Below the pieces are notes generated by a model that was given only the letters and a program-made list of their open reading frames with translations, was not told where the DNA came from and ran no database searches. From Octopus bimaculoides (Eukaryota): DNA of 61,475 bases. Where the stretch lies: contig NC_068984.1 of the NCBI RefSeq assembly GCF_001194135.2, forward strand, positions 38,088,624 through 38,150,098. The letters are read 5' to 3'. The translations under genes were made by a program, and so were the position numbers. Of this stretch, positions 1 through 13,900 are shown one piece after another (position 1 is the stretch's first letter; every line of letters begins with the position of its first letter).

Positions 1-13
1 ATGATGATGATGA

Positions 14-53
<40 letters not shown>

Positions 54-56
<3 letters not shown>

Positions 57-209
57 TCATCATCGTTTAACGTCCGCTTTCCATGCTAGAATGGGTTGGA
101 CGATTTGACTGAGGACTGGTGAACCAGATGACTACACCAGGCTCCAATCTGATTTGGCAGAGCTTCTGCAGCTGGATGCCATTCTTAACGCCAACCACTC
201 CGAGAGTGT
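54..209 (-). repeat. Family A repeat (RTE 3'-end/SINE-like, (GAT)n tail)
   Basis: catcatcatcgtttaacgtccgctttccatgc...cagctggatgcc...aacgccaaccactccgagagtg; multiple homologues in the window. Confidence 0.85.
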
Positions 210-929
210 AGATATATTATTATTATTATTATTATTATTATTAAAGCTGAAAGGCATCACAAAATATCACAAAAAACTGCTACTCAGAGTTTCACGTTCC
301 CGTTTGTCAGTCAAATCTAAACTGTCCAATGAACAAGAATGTGAAACTTTGAGTAGCAGTTTTTTGTGATATTTTGCAATGTTTTTGCAGCTTTGATAAT
401 AATAAAGCATATTACTCTACCTCCAGTATTCGAGTATTATTTTTCCTCACCTTGTTTCACATTTATGTGCGTAGTTTGGTATATATATATATATATATAT
501 ATATATACTTATATGTGTATGTGTGTGTATCATCCTCATGTGTATGTACATACATACACAACACACTGTCACCTACACTCTTAAACATATACATGCACGT
601 ATGTCAATAGAAAGTGTTTTGCAGGAGTGACTCAGTTGTGTGGGTGAGAAAAAAGAAGAGAAATAGAAAAAAAAAAAGGGCAAGAAGAAGGTACTTAATA
701 AAAGTATTATAGCTTATTAATTTATTTTAAACTGAGTCTTTACTCCATTGTTACTCTGAGTTATTCATTTCTGTTGAGTAACAAGATGCTCAGATCATTG
801 TTGGAGTGAAGCCTATGTGTGTGTTTACGTTTTTTGAACAGTTTGTAGAGATAGTTCTCACAGTTATATTTGTTTTCATATTTGTTGCATATATTTTACC
901 TTATACCCTGTTTAGGAACAGGTGCATGG

Positions 930-1088
930 CCTAACTCAGCACACATTGTAAAGTGGTTGGCATTAGGAAGGGCATCCAGCCATAGAAACCAAGCCAAATC
1001 AGACTGGAACCTGGTGCAGCTCTCTGGCTTGTCAAAACTGTTCAACCCATGCCAGCATGGAAAATGGATGTTAAAGGATGCTGATGAT
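930..1088 (+). repeat. Family A repeat
   Basis: gtggttggcattaggaagggcatccagc...catgccagcatggaaaatggatgttaaaggatg. Confidence 0.8.
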
Positions 1089-1561
1089 TCACAGTTATAA
1101 GAGCGTGATTTCAATTCCTGGCCTGGGCAGTGCATTAAGTTATTGAGCAAAACACTTTACTTCATGTTATCCAGTCCATTCAGCTGTAAATGAATTCCAG
1201 CAATAACTGGAAAGTTAACCCTACAATGGATTGGCTTCCTGTTCAGGGAGATAGTGTTGTAATTTCAGTCATTTTTACACTAAGGAAACCAGGTTAAGCT
1301 CCAACCCTATGGAACCTAGGGCTCACCAATATTCAGTTCTAGTTTATCCATCATTAAAAGAAATATAAAAATTTAATTTAAATTTATTTATATATATTCT
1401 TTGAAGAATCACTTACAATCAAATGTCATATCTATTATGATGTGGCTGAGCATTATAGTGAGATGTTTGTGCATTATTAGTGAGTTGATCATCCATTTTT
1501 ATGTGCAAGCAAATATGTACATTGTTGACTTTTTTCTATATCAACTAACTACATTTTAGTA

Positions 1562-2812
1562 TTGGGTCATCCCATAAATAATGCGTTTTTTTTTTTCAAT
1601 TGCATGAACTAAAAGTTGGAGGGAGACAGGATAAACTACCTGCATCAACTTGCTATAAAAGCAGGTAATAATTTTACCCTGTACTCATTCTTAGTGCAAG
1701 TTTTGAAGAGTGTAGTTTGATTTTAAGTTATTTTTTCAAAGCTATAATGGAAATGCCAAAGAGCATATTAGGCATATTTTGCTTTATGCGTTCAAAAAAG
1801 GCAAAAAGGCAATAGAAAGTGCGAGGAATATTAATGCAGTATATGGGGATCAGACAATAAGTGTAAGCCAGTGTCAATGGTGGTTCTAGAAATTCTGAGA
1901 CAGAAACTACAGTCTAGAAGAAGAACCTAATCCTGGAAGATCTTTTGAGCTCGATGAGGGCATCCTATCCCATTGTATCTGTTGAGGAACTAGCAGAGAA
2001 GTTTAGATTTGGTTGGTCAGCAATTCATTGACACCTGTGTGCCATCAGAAAAATCAGCAAATTCCGAGTCTAATTGCACACACAGAGTGAATGTGTGCTC
2101 TTCTTTGCTGTCATGTCTCACAAATGAACCTTTTTTTTTTGGGACTGAATAGTTACTGGTGACAAGAAATAGGTTCTCTATAAAAATGTCAAGCTCCAAA
2201 GACAGTGGGTAGGGAAAAGAGAAACACTGGCACCCCAGGCTAAAGAAGGTCTTAATGCACATAAGGTGTTGTTATCTGTTTGGTGGCATATGAAAGGTTT
2301 AGTCCACTTTGAACTTTTAAACCCAAACCAAACGATAACGAAGGAGATCTACTGCAAGCAGCTTGAGTGGCTTAAGTCAGTGCTAGAAGCAAGATGACCA
2401 TCTTTGGTTTCCAGATGAAAGGTGTTCTTCCATCAGGATAATGCTCGGCCACATACAGCAAGGATGACACTCCAAAGGCTAGAACAGTTTGAATGTGAAA
2501 CGATGCCCCACCCACAATATTTGCCAGACATTGCCCCAAATGATTATCATTTATTCCTCAGTCTTCAAAATTATTTGGATGGAAAATATATGAATTCTGT
2601 AGACGAGGTCAGAACAATACTAGAGGAGTATTTTTCGTCATAGACAAGTAAATTTTGGAAGAGGGGCCTTGCAAATCTACCAGATAGATGGAAGAGCATT
2701 GTAGAAAATGAAGGAGAGTATATTTTAGATTAAAAAAGAACTTTGTTTATCTTAATTTTGAAAAATAAAAGTATAAACCTTCCCCGCTCCCATTATATAT
2801 GAGATGACCCAA
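1562..2812 (+). mobile_element. Full-length decayed mariner (Tc1/mariner, DD34D) transposon
   Basis: TIRs ttgggtcatcccataaataatg and cattatatatgagatgacccaa, flanked by TA at 1560-61 and 2813-14; length 1251 bp. The pseudo-transposase at ~1747-2733 has KEHIRHILLY, IVTGD, HQDNARPH and YLPDIAPND (34 residues between the second and third Asp), with stops and frameshifts. Confidence 0.95.
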
Positions 2813-3061
2813 TATAAATGAACAGTTTATCACTCTCTTCTTCACACCCCTCACATTTCTTCACCTTCTGTGTTTAAACTTTGTTAATGAGTCTACTCTG
2901 ATTCACTTTTATCTCTTATATACACTGTGACAGCTTTTTGTTTTTATCTGTTGGCCATTATTGTTTTTACACATCATCATACTTTTCTTTTTTATTTTTA
3001 TTAATTGAGATTTTATTCATTTATTTCATGACTCACCACCTGTTATTCTGTAATTTCTCAG

Positions 3062-3165
3062 GTGTTGAAGAGTTGGGTTATTTAACGGAATTTGATGCTT
3101 CTGGTAACTTTCTTTCTGACCATTCTTGCCTTGCTGTTATATCAGGGATGCATCGGCTAAAAAGG
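3062..3165 (+). CDS. STK11IP: STK11IP exon (LRR region), phase 1 to 0
   Basis: ttctcag|...aaagg|gtgagt; (G)VEELGYLTEFDASGNFLSDHSCLAVISGMHRLKR is an LRR unit. Confidence 0.88.
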
Positions 3166-6100
3166 GTGAGTATTTGTCTTTATTTAATCATTTGTTTGTT
3201 TTTTTTTACCAAAATACCGGATTTCAGCTATTAGTTATGTTTATTAGTTGTTGGTATGAGCATGATGACTTACCTTCTTTATAACTGTAAAACTTCATGC
3301 CTATGTCAGACATTTACTCACTGTTATTACTAAGACTTCCACCTTGTTTTTTTTTTTCTTTTTCCTGTGGGGAAGGGGATTCTCTCTTTTTGCTTCTTTT
3401 TTTTTTAAATTCATGGAAGATGACTTTATTTTGCTGTTTGTTGTGAAGTAATATTGTTCAACTTTTAATTGAGCATGCATGTACAGTGGTAGTCTGTTGA
3501 CTAGTTAGGTGTAACCCCTAATCTCAGCACTTCAAACACCCAAACATGAAACATCTGGTATTTTCAGTTTGGGTCGAACTTTTGTGTTTGATCAGCAGCC
3601 TTTTTCTGACCATCCACTCTTTATTTTGAATGTGTAATAATAAAATATTTAATGAAGATCTGTTTTGGTTGAGTTGAATGAAGTGTGATTGACTGTAATG
3701 AAGATATACTTTGGTTGAGATGGAAGAACAACAAGTCTGTTGAACAGGAAATATTTATTCAACAAAACAATGTGTCATTACAATGAATGACAGAAAAGAA
3801 ATATTTATACCAAGTTAAACAGCTCTGCAGTTTGTATGAAATATTGCATGCCATGAAGTACTAGCTGTGATTCTAGCAGCTAGCTGGTTTAAGTTGTGCA
3901 TGACCACTGTTGTCATTATTAGTGTTAAGTGGCAGAGATGTGACAGCCATCTGTCTTGGTTAAGTTGCAACCACTGGTGGGTTAGTGGAAAAATACACAA
4001 TATATATATGTCTTGCAAAGAAAAGGTGCCAAAGGATGTAATTGTTAATGATAATCTCATATGTTGTTTACAACGCTGGAATTTAATGAGTTAAATGTTT
4101 GCTGGGTCTATTGATTTGAGTGGTCAGTTCTTTGCACACATCATCAATCCTTGACAGCATCCTGTTTTGGATATTGTTAATTTTACATCGAGATACAGTT
4201 ATTTGGGCTCAATTCCTAAGCAATCAATTGGTGTTTGGGACTCTGCCAAATATTCTTGCTGCAAGTGTATTGTTCAAATCTTTGATTTTTAAACATGCAT
4301 CTCCCATTTTATTTGATATCAAAGAATATGTCCAAAGAGATTTGGTTACTGCATTGAAGATCTTCATTATTTGTATGAAAGAGCTCTCAATGTTTTGATT
4401 TAAGTTTTTTTTTTATCTTTTACAATCATCATCATCATCATCATCATCATTTAATGTCCGCTTTACATGTTAGCATGGGTTGGACGATTTGACTGAGGAC
4501 TGACAAGCCAGAAGGCTACACCAGGCTCCAATCTGATCTGGCAGAGTTTCTACAGCTGGATACCCTTCCTAACGCCAACCACTCCGAGAGTGTAGTGGGT
4601 GCTTTTACGTGCCACCGGCACAAGGGCCAGTCACAAAGTACTGGCAACGGCCACGCTCAAAAGGTGTTTTTTATGTGCGACCTGCACGGGAGCCAGTCCA
4701 GCGGCACTGGCAACGACCTCGCTCAAATGATTTTCTAACGTGCCACCAGCACAATGATTGGTATTATTGTTTAGTCCCAGGTCAGCTCTGATCAAAGAGA
4801 CTTGTAATCAATGACATTCCAGTTGTAACCATTCTGCTTTTTAGGGGTGTCCAACACTAAATTATTCTTATTTAAAACAGTAGGCTAATATTTCTCATAG
4901 TTTGAGTGATCACGGTAATATTGATATTTTCAAGGCCTGTTATGATATTTTGTTGTTTTGCCGTTAGTCATCATAGCTGAAAATAGGGACCACTTTCATG
5001 GTTGAATACAGGCTTGGTATTAATTTCCAATTTTGGTACAAGACCACAATTTTTTATAGAAGGTAAGTGGTCAATTAAAATGAACTCTAAATGGATGAAC
5101 TGCAAAATCAAATCCAGGCAGTATTTGAACTCATAACATAAAGTGATGTAATTAATACTACAAAGTATTTAATCTAGTGCTCTATCAATTCTTTTATTCC
5201 GTCACTCTTAACAAGTTTAATATTTAGAAGGGTTCATTAACACATAGAGAGATTTTCATTCAGAGTTCAAAAGTTTAGTAAAAAGGAAAACATGCCTCAC
5301 ATGTTTATTGGGGGAAATACATGTCAAAATGTTGATTTCTTTTGACAAGCTATTTGTGTGTTAATATATCTAGAGCAGGAAGCATTAAAAAAATGCTACC
5401 AAGAAAAGATTATGCACTAAGGACAAAGCAATATCAGTCATTGCCTAATGGTATTTTGATTCATTTGGTAATTATTGGAGACAATTCTGGATATGTTAAG
5501 GTATTATGAGACCTCCTCAGTAAAGCATAGCTGATGGTGGCTTAAAAGCACTTAAAAGCTGTTTAAAACTGACAATAACAGGAAGAAAGAGGTGGGTTAA
5601 TGTTTCTCTTAAAGGTGTTTGCTCCAAAATATGTAAGTGTAAGAATATGTTGAGTTAACTTTGCTGAATCACCAGCATGGATTGTTGTAAATTGTCATGT
5701 TTGTAAACATGTTTACAGTGTCAAGTTCTTGAAGCTCTTTCCTCCCCTTTGGAGAAAAGCTATGGACTCTGACCAGACAGTATGGCTTCTACTGTTTAAA
5801 ATACTCCAGTTTGCTCTACTTTATTAATTTGAAGAGATAACAGCTAATCGTGTCAAACTGTTTATTTATTTTTTTCTTTCTTGACTTAGCAACATTTACA
5901 TAAATCATCATCATCATCATCATCATTAAGGCAGCAAGCTGACAGAATTATTAGCATGCCAGATGAAATGTTTTGTGGTATTTCATTTGTCTTCACGTTT
6001 TGAGTTCTAATCCTTTAGGGTTGATAAAATAAGTACCAGTTGAGCACTGGTGGTCGATGTAATTAACTTACACCTTCCCCCAAAACTGCTGGCCTTGTGC

Positions 6101-7897
6101 CAAAATTTGAAATCATCATTATTATTATTATTATTGTTGTTGTTCTTCCTTTCAGGGTCAATAAATTGACTATACCTCTCTCCCAAATTTCAGGCCTTGT
6201 GCCTATAATAGAAAGGATTATTATTGTCATTGTTGTTATTACAATGACAATAATAATGATTTTTTTTTTCACTTTGACAGAAGGCTACAAATTTGTTGGG
6301 AAGGTGAGTGTTGATTGAATTGAACCCTACCAGTATAACACTGATACTTAAATCCATAGGATGAGAAGCACTGTCAGCTCTGATAGGATTTTAACTCAGA
6401 GCATGGGGTCGGGCAGGCAGGGAGGAAGATAAATTTTGAGGATGAGTCTAGTCAACTATATCAACACCAGAAATTGTCTGGTATTTATTTTATCAACCCT
6501 GAAAAGATGAACTACAGAAAACCCTGGCAGGCTTTGAACTTCTGAAATAAAGGGACATAACTAAATACTGCAAGGAATTTTGTCCTCCTCTGTACTAATT
6601 CTGGTATTTACTGCTAAAAATAATAATTCTTTCTGTTATAGGCACAAGGCCTGAAAATTGTGGGAGTGGTATTTATTTCATTGATCCCGAAAGGATGAAA
6701 GGCAAAGTCAACCTTGGCAGAATTTGAACTCAGAATGTAAAGGGGGACAAAATTCTGTGAAGCATTTTACCCAGCATGCTAATGATTCTGCTAGCTCACC
6801 ACCTTAATAATAATAATAATTTCTAACTTCAGCTTTGAGCCATCAGTTTTTGGGAAGGAGATAGTGAATAGAATTGACCCCACCACCTAGGGGTGAAAGA
6901 CAAAGTTGAGACTGGCATGATTTGAACTTAGAACATAGTGGAATACAAGTAATTTACTCTGATATTATTATGATTCTTTTGTATTAAGAAACTGTGCATT
7001 ATCTCTACGCCAGCCCACTTGGTGNNNNNNNNNNNNNNNNNNNNNNNNNNNNNNNNNNNNNNNNNNNNNNNNNNNNNNNNNNNNNNNNNNNNNNNNNNNN
7101 NNNNNNNNNNNNNNNNNNNNNNNNNNNNNNNNNNNNNNNNNNNCTACAGTATGTCATTCCTTGCTGTCAGTATCAAAACTAAACCTTTTGACCAATTTTC
7201 CTTTCCTTGATCTGTGAACTTCTGTGCTTCCCTTCCTACTTGTATATTTTACTATAAGCACCAACCAAGCTGAACATCCATTGAAATCTTCAATGTCACC
7301 ATTTGGCAAGGATTTTTTTTCTTTTTAACATTTTTATAAGTTAAACAAGGAGGGGCAGTGCTTATTGGTTGTCAAGGCCTTTGTGGTGATCTTCCCTTAA
7401 ATGGGAGAAATGATTTAGTTAATGGATGCCTTGTCTAAGTAACTTCAGGAAATAATGTGACCTGGGAAGTTAACTAGGGATCTAGATTGAATGCTTGCTA
7501 TAGAATGAACTGCTTTAAAGAACTAGGTGATTGTGGTAGGTAAGGCAAATCAAGTGCTATGTTAGAGTTACGGAAAATTTTCTCCTACTTGAAAATGAAA
7601 GCAATTTTACATTGCTTTTATGTTTTAAGATCAAGTCAATTCATAGTTTTCCTATGTACATAAAACAAAAGTTTAAAATATATATATTGATAAAATAATT
7701 CATAAAACTAGTTCAAGATTTTGCTCTAGTTTTTGTTTGTTTGTCTGATTATGATGTTTATTTTGTTTTTGTTTTCAGTTGTCATTGTTTGATAACCCTA
7801 TGACATATAGGTCAGATCACAGATCAAAGTCAGTTGGCCACATATCACCTTTAGTCAATGGAGATGGGGTAAGAACTGACATCTTTATTAAAGTTTT

Positions 7898-7932
<35 letters not shown>

Positions 7933-7938
7933 TCTCCC

Positions 7939-7981
<43 letters not shown>

Positions 7982-8887
7982 TCATCATCATCATCTGTTC
8001 TTCCATGTTGGCATGGGTTGGATGGTATGACAGAATCCAATGAGCTACAAGGCTGCATCAGGCACCAATGTTGACTTTGGCACAGTTTCTACAGCTGGAT
8101 GCACTTCTTAATGCCAACCACTTTACAGTGTGTACTGGGTGCTTATTCATGACACCAGCATTAGTGAGGTCACCAAGTAACTTGAAAATTAAAGAAAAGA
8201 AAGGAAAAAGCCCTCTTGGCTGAGAGGGAATATATTTGAGAGATGAGGAAGTTGCTTATGCCAAGTGTGGAACGCTAGAGTATCATAGATGGACTAGCAC
8301 AGGTGTCTTGTTATAGAGGAGTTACGTTGTTACTCCACATTATTTGAGGGCGAATGAGAGTAGTTAGAAGGAAGATAAAGATGTACCAGAGCATACTCAC
8401 AAAGTAAAAGAAGGGAAAATATAGATTGTGGATCAAGGTGGCAGGAAAGGGTGGGCAATTTTATAAGACTGTGAGAGGAGATTGATATATATTAATTTTT
8501 ACAATGAAAAGGATGACTAGACTAGGAGTTTTAGCTTACTTGGCATCAAACAAGCTGAAACTTCTGTTGAATGTTAAATTGTTTTATGACAAAAAAGAAA
8601 AAAACAACTACATACATACATACATATATATATATAATAATATTATTAGAGATAAAAATCCAAATTTACAGGTAAAAACTCAATTAAATTCAATTTATTA
8701 AAAATTAAAATTAAATTAAGTTTCACAGTATAAAATATAAATATATAGTTTTAGGGAAAAGAACCAAGGTCCATGAACTCATCAATGAAAATCCACTGTC
8801 ACATATAGAAAGTTTACTTATTAATTTTTCTATATGTGACAGTGGATTTTCATTGATGAGTTCATGAACCTTGGTTCTTTTCCCTAA

Positions 8888-8930
<43 letters not shown>

Positions 8931-10854
8931 GAATAAAACATTTTGGGTAGTGTACAGAGAGTATACTAGTAGTATATTGAGTATGTAAAATGTATTACAG
9001 TTTACATGGGAGATCTTGACAAATAACTTCTAATTTAAAACCTCATTGCAAGTTCTTTTTGACAAATGAATATTTTGTATGTATAGTGGTTCACCTTATT
9101 TTCTTCCACACCCTTCATTATCCACTTTGCCTAACTAAAGATCATATAGAACTAATACTGTAATCAATATACCTCTGACACTATAACTAGGTTGTAAAAA
9201 AATGTAAATACTTTATTGTTTAAGGGATGAGGTGATTAAATTTTTTTATATTTTACCAAATGAATCATTTCTGTTGTTTATTTGAAAATCTTGAATATAT
9301 TTGATATATTGAATATCAATTTTTTTCCTTTCAATGAAATTTTAGATCTACTTCCTCTATTGAGTTAATTAAATTCAATTCTCAATTGCTTTACAGATTG
9401 TTTTAGATGGTAAAAATCTGAATGTAACAGAACTGAAGGTAATTACAAATAAATTTTTATGACATATACAAGTGGTTTTGTGTGCAAGTGTTATGTTATA
9501 CATATATAGACACACATAGCAACAATAACAACAATAATAATGAGTATCAACTGCACATATATTCACGAACTTGTTGAATCACTTTCTAACTTTTCAGTCT
9601 TTATAAACTTATTCAACCCATATACAAGCTTGAAAAAAATTGATGACAGTCATTGTACTGGTAGTGATAGTAATTGTAAAAATTGCTTATTTTTAATGAT
9701 TATAAACTTTAAATGAGTAAGTACCATGCCATTTCAATTCTGATATCAAATTATTTTACTTATGCTGCTAATTCCCTCTGGAATGGTATAAGCAAATCAA
9801 CAAGCAACTTTCTCTCAACTAAAAATGAGAGCTCTTATATTTCAAAAGAAGGTAATATTTCATTTAATAACTACTTTTGGGTGAGTTATTTTTTCAAAAA
9901 TATTAAAATTCCCAGAAACATCCAATCTATAGTATGTTTTATAAGGAGTGATAAGTTTACATAACTATAGGTTAACAAGTGTAGAATAGAGGATTGGTCT
10001 GTGCAATATTCTATTTAGTAAATTATGGATTCTTGTGTTATTGTAGCTGCTTCACTCAATGCTCCAACAGAAAAGGGATGAACTAAGACAGACTATTTTA
10101 TTCTGAATAGTAACCTAAGAGATATAGTTGAAGAGTGTTGTTTCTTAAGGAGTTATTAAATATTTTGCTAATCAGGGGATAGTGGAGATGAAGTCAACAT
10201 GTTTGTTGAGGATAATGTTAGTGAGAATGCTGTGTGTTTCATGATAAATTTGAAACTCTTTGTGATTTTGTTATTGATATCTATTTATGTATATTACTCT
10301 AATTTATTGTATTCTGAAAACAAAAAATAATAATTGTAATAATTATAATTATTTTAGACAGTAAAAAGGAACAAAATTACCAAAACAGCTTCATTTTACT
10401 TCCGACCTCACCTGGAAACTCCCTTGACTGAAATTGAACCTAATAAGATGGAGCTAGAAGAGAAAAATGATGAAAACCTTGTTGAACGTATAAAGTGCCG
10501 AAAAATCCCTGTAAAGAGACCTAAACGAAAACGTAATTGTCCTCATGGTGATAATTTATCAACATACAGCATGGGATCAAGAGGTATAATTTATTGTATG
10601 TCTGTGTCTCTTTCTCTCTCTCTCTCAGCTAAGTCCAAACCCTACAAGGTCTATCTTGTTTCACCAACTACTAGATATGGTAATCATTGTTAAGCCCTTT
10701 GATATGAGGCAGTGTGTCAACAAGAATGAGAAATGATCTCTTGCCAAAACATGAAACAGCCATTTCAGAGAAGCAAATGTTGAAACTCATCTTTCGCAAA
10801 ATGAAGCTGATTACGATCTGTGGGTAACCACAAGGAGTCTGCCTTCTTGGCTTG

Positions 10855-10902
<48 letters not shown>

Positions 10903-10919
10903 ATATGTGTATATATGTA

Positions 10920-10972
<53 letters not shown>

Positions 10973-13900
10973 AGCACAAAACCTCCGAAAATGAGATACC
11001 AATATCTCAGCATTGTCCAAGCTTCATTAGGTTTCCTATGAGGAAAACTAAACAATACCCAAGTAAGCTATCCCAACAAACTATGAATCCACAAACACTT
11101 TCCACTTTACTAAAATGGGCAAGTTAGAATGATGAGACTAAAGTATAAGAAATCCACAATTGAGCATAAGATATATGTATTCCTATCATCTGCTGCTGAA
11201 ATGGATATCACTGTGGTTTCGACACCTAGACTGTACTATTCCATCTGGTGTTGTCCACAACATTAAAATTATAAACACTGTTTGGGAATTAGGAATCCAG
11301 CAGTTTATTACTACAAGTAGCAATATAACAGTAAAGAAATAGTTATAACTTATAACTATAATATAGTACTTACAACAAAGAACTAATTCCAAAAAGGACA
11401 TTCAGATAATAGAACATAGCCAACTAGATACTTTACTTCTCCATTAACATCACATCATAAACATGTTATTACACCAAAAACAAGCCTAATAATGAGTGAT
11501 GGAACAGTACACCTTGTAAGCAATGTCCTTGGACTGTGTACAAGGAAAAGGACAAGCTTAGATCAATATCTGTGAAATAAATTCAATACTACAAAATATA
11601 TATACCTAATACTTTTACATAATATGTTTTACAAATAAAAACAAAATTCCCGGACACTTTATCCACTGATACTATAAGATACTTATGCATCTCTCTAATG
11701 TATTCTTTAACCTCAGGTTTACTTAAAACTGATTAGTTTTCTATTGAGCTGTACATCCTTCTAATATATCTCAGTGTCATATTTATTCTATTCCATCAGT
11801 TTTGAAATTCCTCTAGTCAGACCCTATACTTAAGACTTAACTATAAAATTGATATTTAATTTTAAAATAACCTCCTCTAACCTATGCTCACTAAACCTAC
11901 AAAGTTTTTTTTCATAATTCATTCTTTGTATCATAATTCTTTTCAGTTCCTCATTTTGAATAATATCCAATTTCCAGTATACACATGCCTAACTTCACTA
12001 AAACAAAATTCAGACTTATTGCAGTCACACATTCCTAAGTAAATGCTCCTGAAACTTTCTTGGTTAACGTCCTTAAAAAACTTACTGTAGTTAAATAATA
12101 CATTACCTATATTCAGATCTAGTCTGTAGCTAATACTTATATGTTTAATATCAACCAGCAAAGTTCCTGTGTCCTCATATTTAATTATTGTATTTAAACA
12201 GCAGATAGAATCAAAGGAGCTACTATATATATATATATATATATATAGTTAATTAGAGGTTGAAATAGCCTCATTAAGGGATAATGATATCCAATGATTT
12301 ACTGGTTCATTGCCTAGTATATTTTGTGAATAGTAATATTTATAAAATAGTAGGTCTAAATATAAATCTAGGTTTATAAATATTCAAAAGAAAATTTAGA
12401 AAATGGAGTTGTAACATTAATATAATTTATTAACTGCAAAAATCCAACATATTCTCTTAAAGATGTTTCAGTTTAGCCTAAAGATTAAATTACAATAATT
12501 AAATCATTGTATTAGGCAAAATCTCATTGGAGGAGTAGAAAAAATACACCGTTAGGTTATTAGGTGTTGTGTTTTCAAATCATCTCAGCAGAAGATATAT
12601 ATATCTTCATCATCATTTGATATCCATTCTGCTGTCTGTTTTGACATGGTTTCTATAGCTTAGTGCCTTTCCTAACACCAATCACTTTACAAATTGTACT
12701 GGATGCTTTTTACGTGGCACCACTTGCAGTGAGGTCACCAAGTAGCTTGCTGTACAAGACTCCTCAATTGGGGTGGGGGAGTAGTATTGGGAGACAGAAA
12801 AGGTTCTCACATTTGAAGAGAGACATGGCTACCTCAGATGAAGAGAGAGAGAGAGGAGAGAGACAGACAGTGAAGATGTTCTGGGGAGGGGTCAGGGGCC
12901 ATACACCCAAGTTACAGGGTGGTGTATATAGTGAAATGGACCAGGGATTGGAGAGGGTGGCTAGATAGGGGAGCTCACAAGATTTTGAAAGGAGCATAGG
13001 AGCTAGAGATGGGAAGGGATTCCCCTGTGCTTCTAGCTTCCACTCTTCTTTTGAAATCTTTGAACTTCTCCACATGCCTACACTCTTCAACCAATCCCTG
13101 GTCCACTTCACTAAGTATATTTATATATATATATATATATATGAGGGGGTGCTGAAAAGCTTTGGGTAGAAGAAAATGCAGGAGGATCAGTTAATTATGA
13201 TTTTATTCAATATATTCCCCTCTCAGATTCACACACTTATTGCAGCAGTCCTTCAGTTTTTCCAAGCCCAGTAAAAGAACTCAGAAGGTTGGGTCTCCAA
13301 CCAGGCCTTTCACAATACCCTTAAAGCCAGGAACTTCTCAGCACCTCCTCGTACACACACACACACACACACACATCCATACAAATTTTTATAAACACAC
13401 AGACACAAGTGATGATGGCTACTGCTACTTCTAATTTTAATGTCCATCTTCATTTGATATAACATTTCATTGTATTTGAGTGTCTTTTTATGCTTTGATT
13501 TCAAATCCCCTACAAGTCTACTTTGCTTTTCATTGTTCTGAGACCAATAAATGAAGAATGATAATCAATGCAGTCAACTATATCTTAGAATGTACATGTT
13601 CATATTTTTCTTGGATTTGCTGATCTGGAGAAAGCTTTCAATAGGACTACATATGAAGTAGTGACAAGTAGTCATTGAGAGAGTTAAGGGTGGAAGGATA
13701 CTTGGTTAGAGTAGTGATGATGATGTGTGAAAGAGAACACTGTTGTAAGGATGAAAGACAGCAACAGTGATTAGTTTAAAGTGAAGATTGATATTAAAGG
13801 CATCTTTATTTATTTTAGTAGCATCTTTACAGAGTTTTAGTAGTACCCAAAAACACCACGTGTCTCAAGAACCCATAGTCCAATTTATATGAAACTTGTT

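Noticed and set aside
3600-4400. Coding-like stretch; minus strand KMGDACLKIKDLNNTLAARIF is faintly like an L1/Tx1 RT C-terminus
   Set aside because: A single weak motif with many stops; cannot be assigned without TBLASTX.
9713-9964. ORF with a good downstream donor (tgg|gtgagt) as a possible extra STK11IP exon
   Set aside because: No convincing in-phase acceptor and no recognisable similarity; exons 9397-9438 and 10358 already join in frame.
10671-11127. Several 70-100 aa ORFs (YIYIYI, HTHTHT)
   Set aside because: Translations of (TA)n/(CA)n microsatellites; the same applies to similar ORFs at 366-610, 8723, 21674-22391 (spanning Ns), 25566 and 55794.
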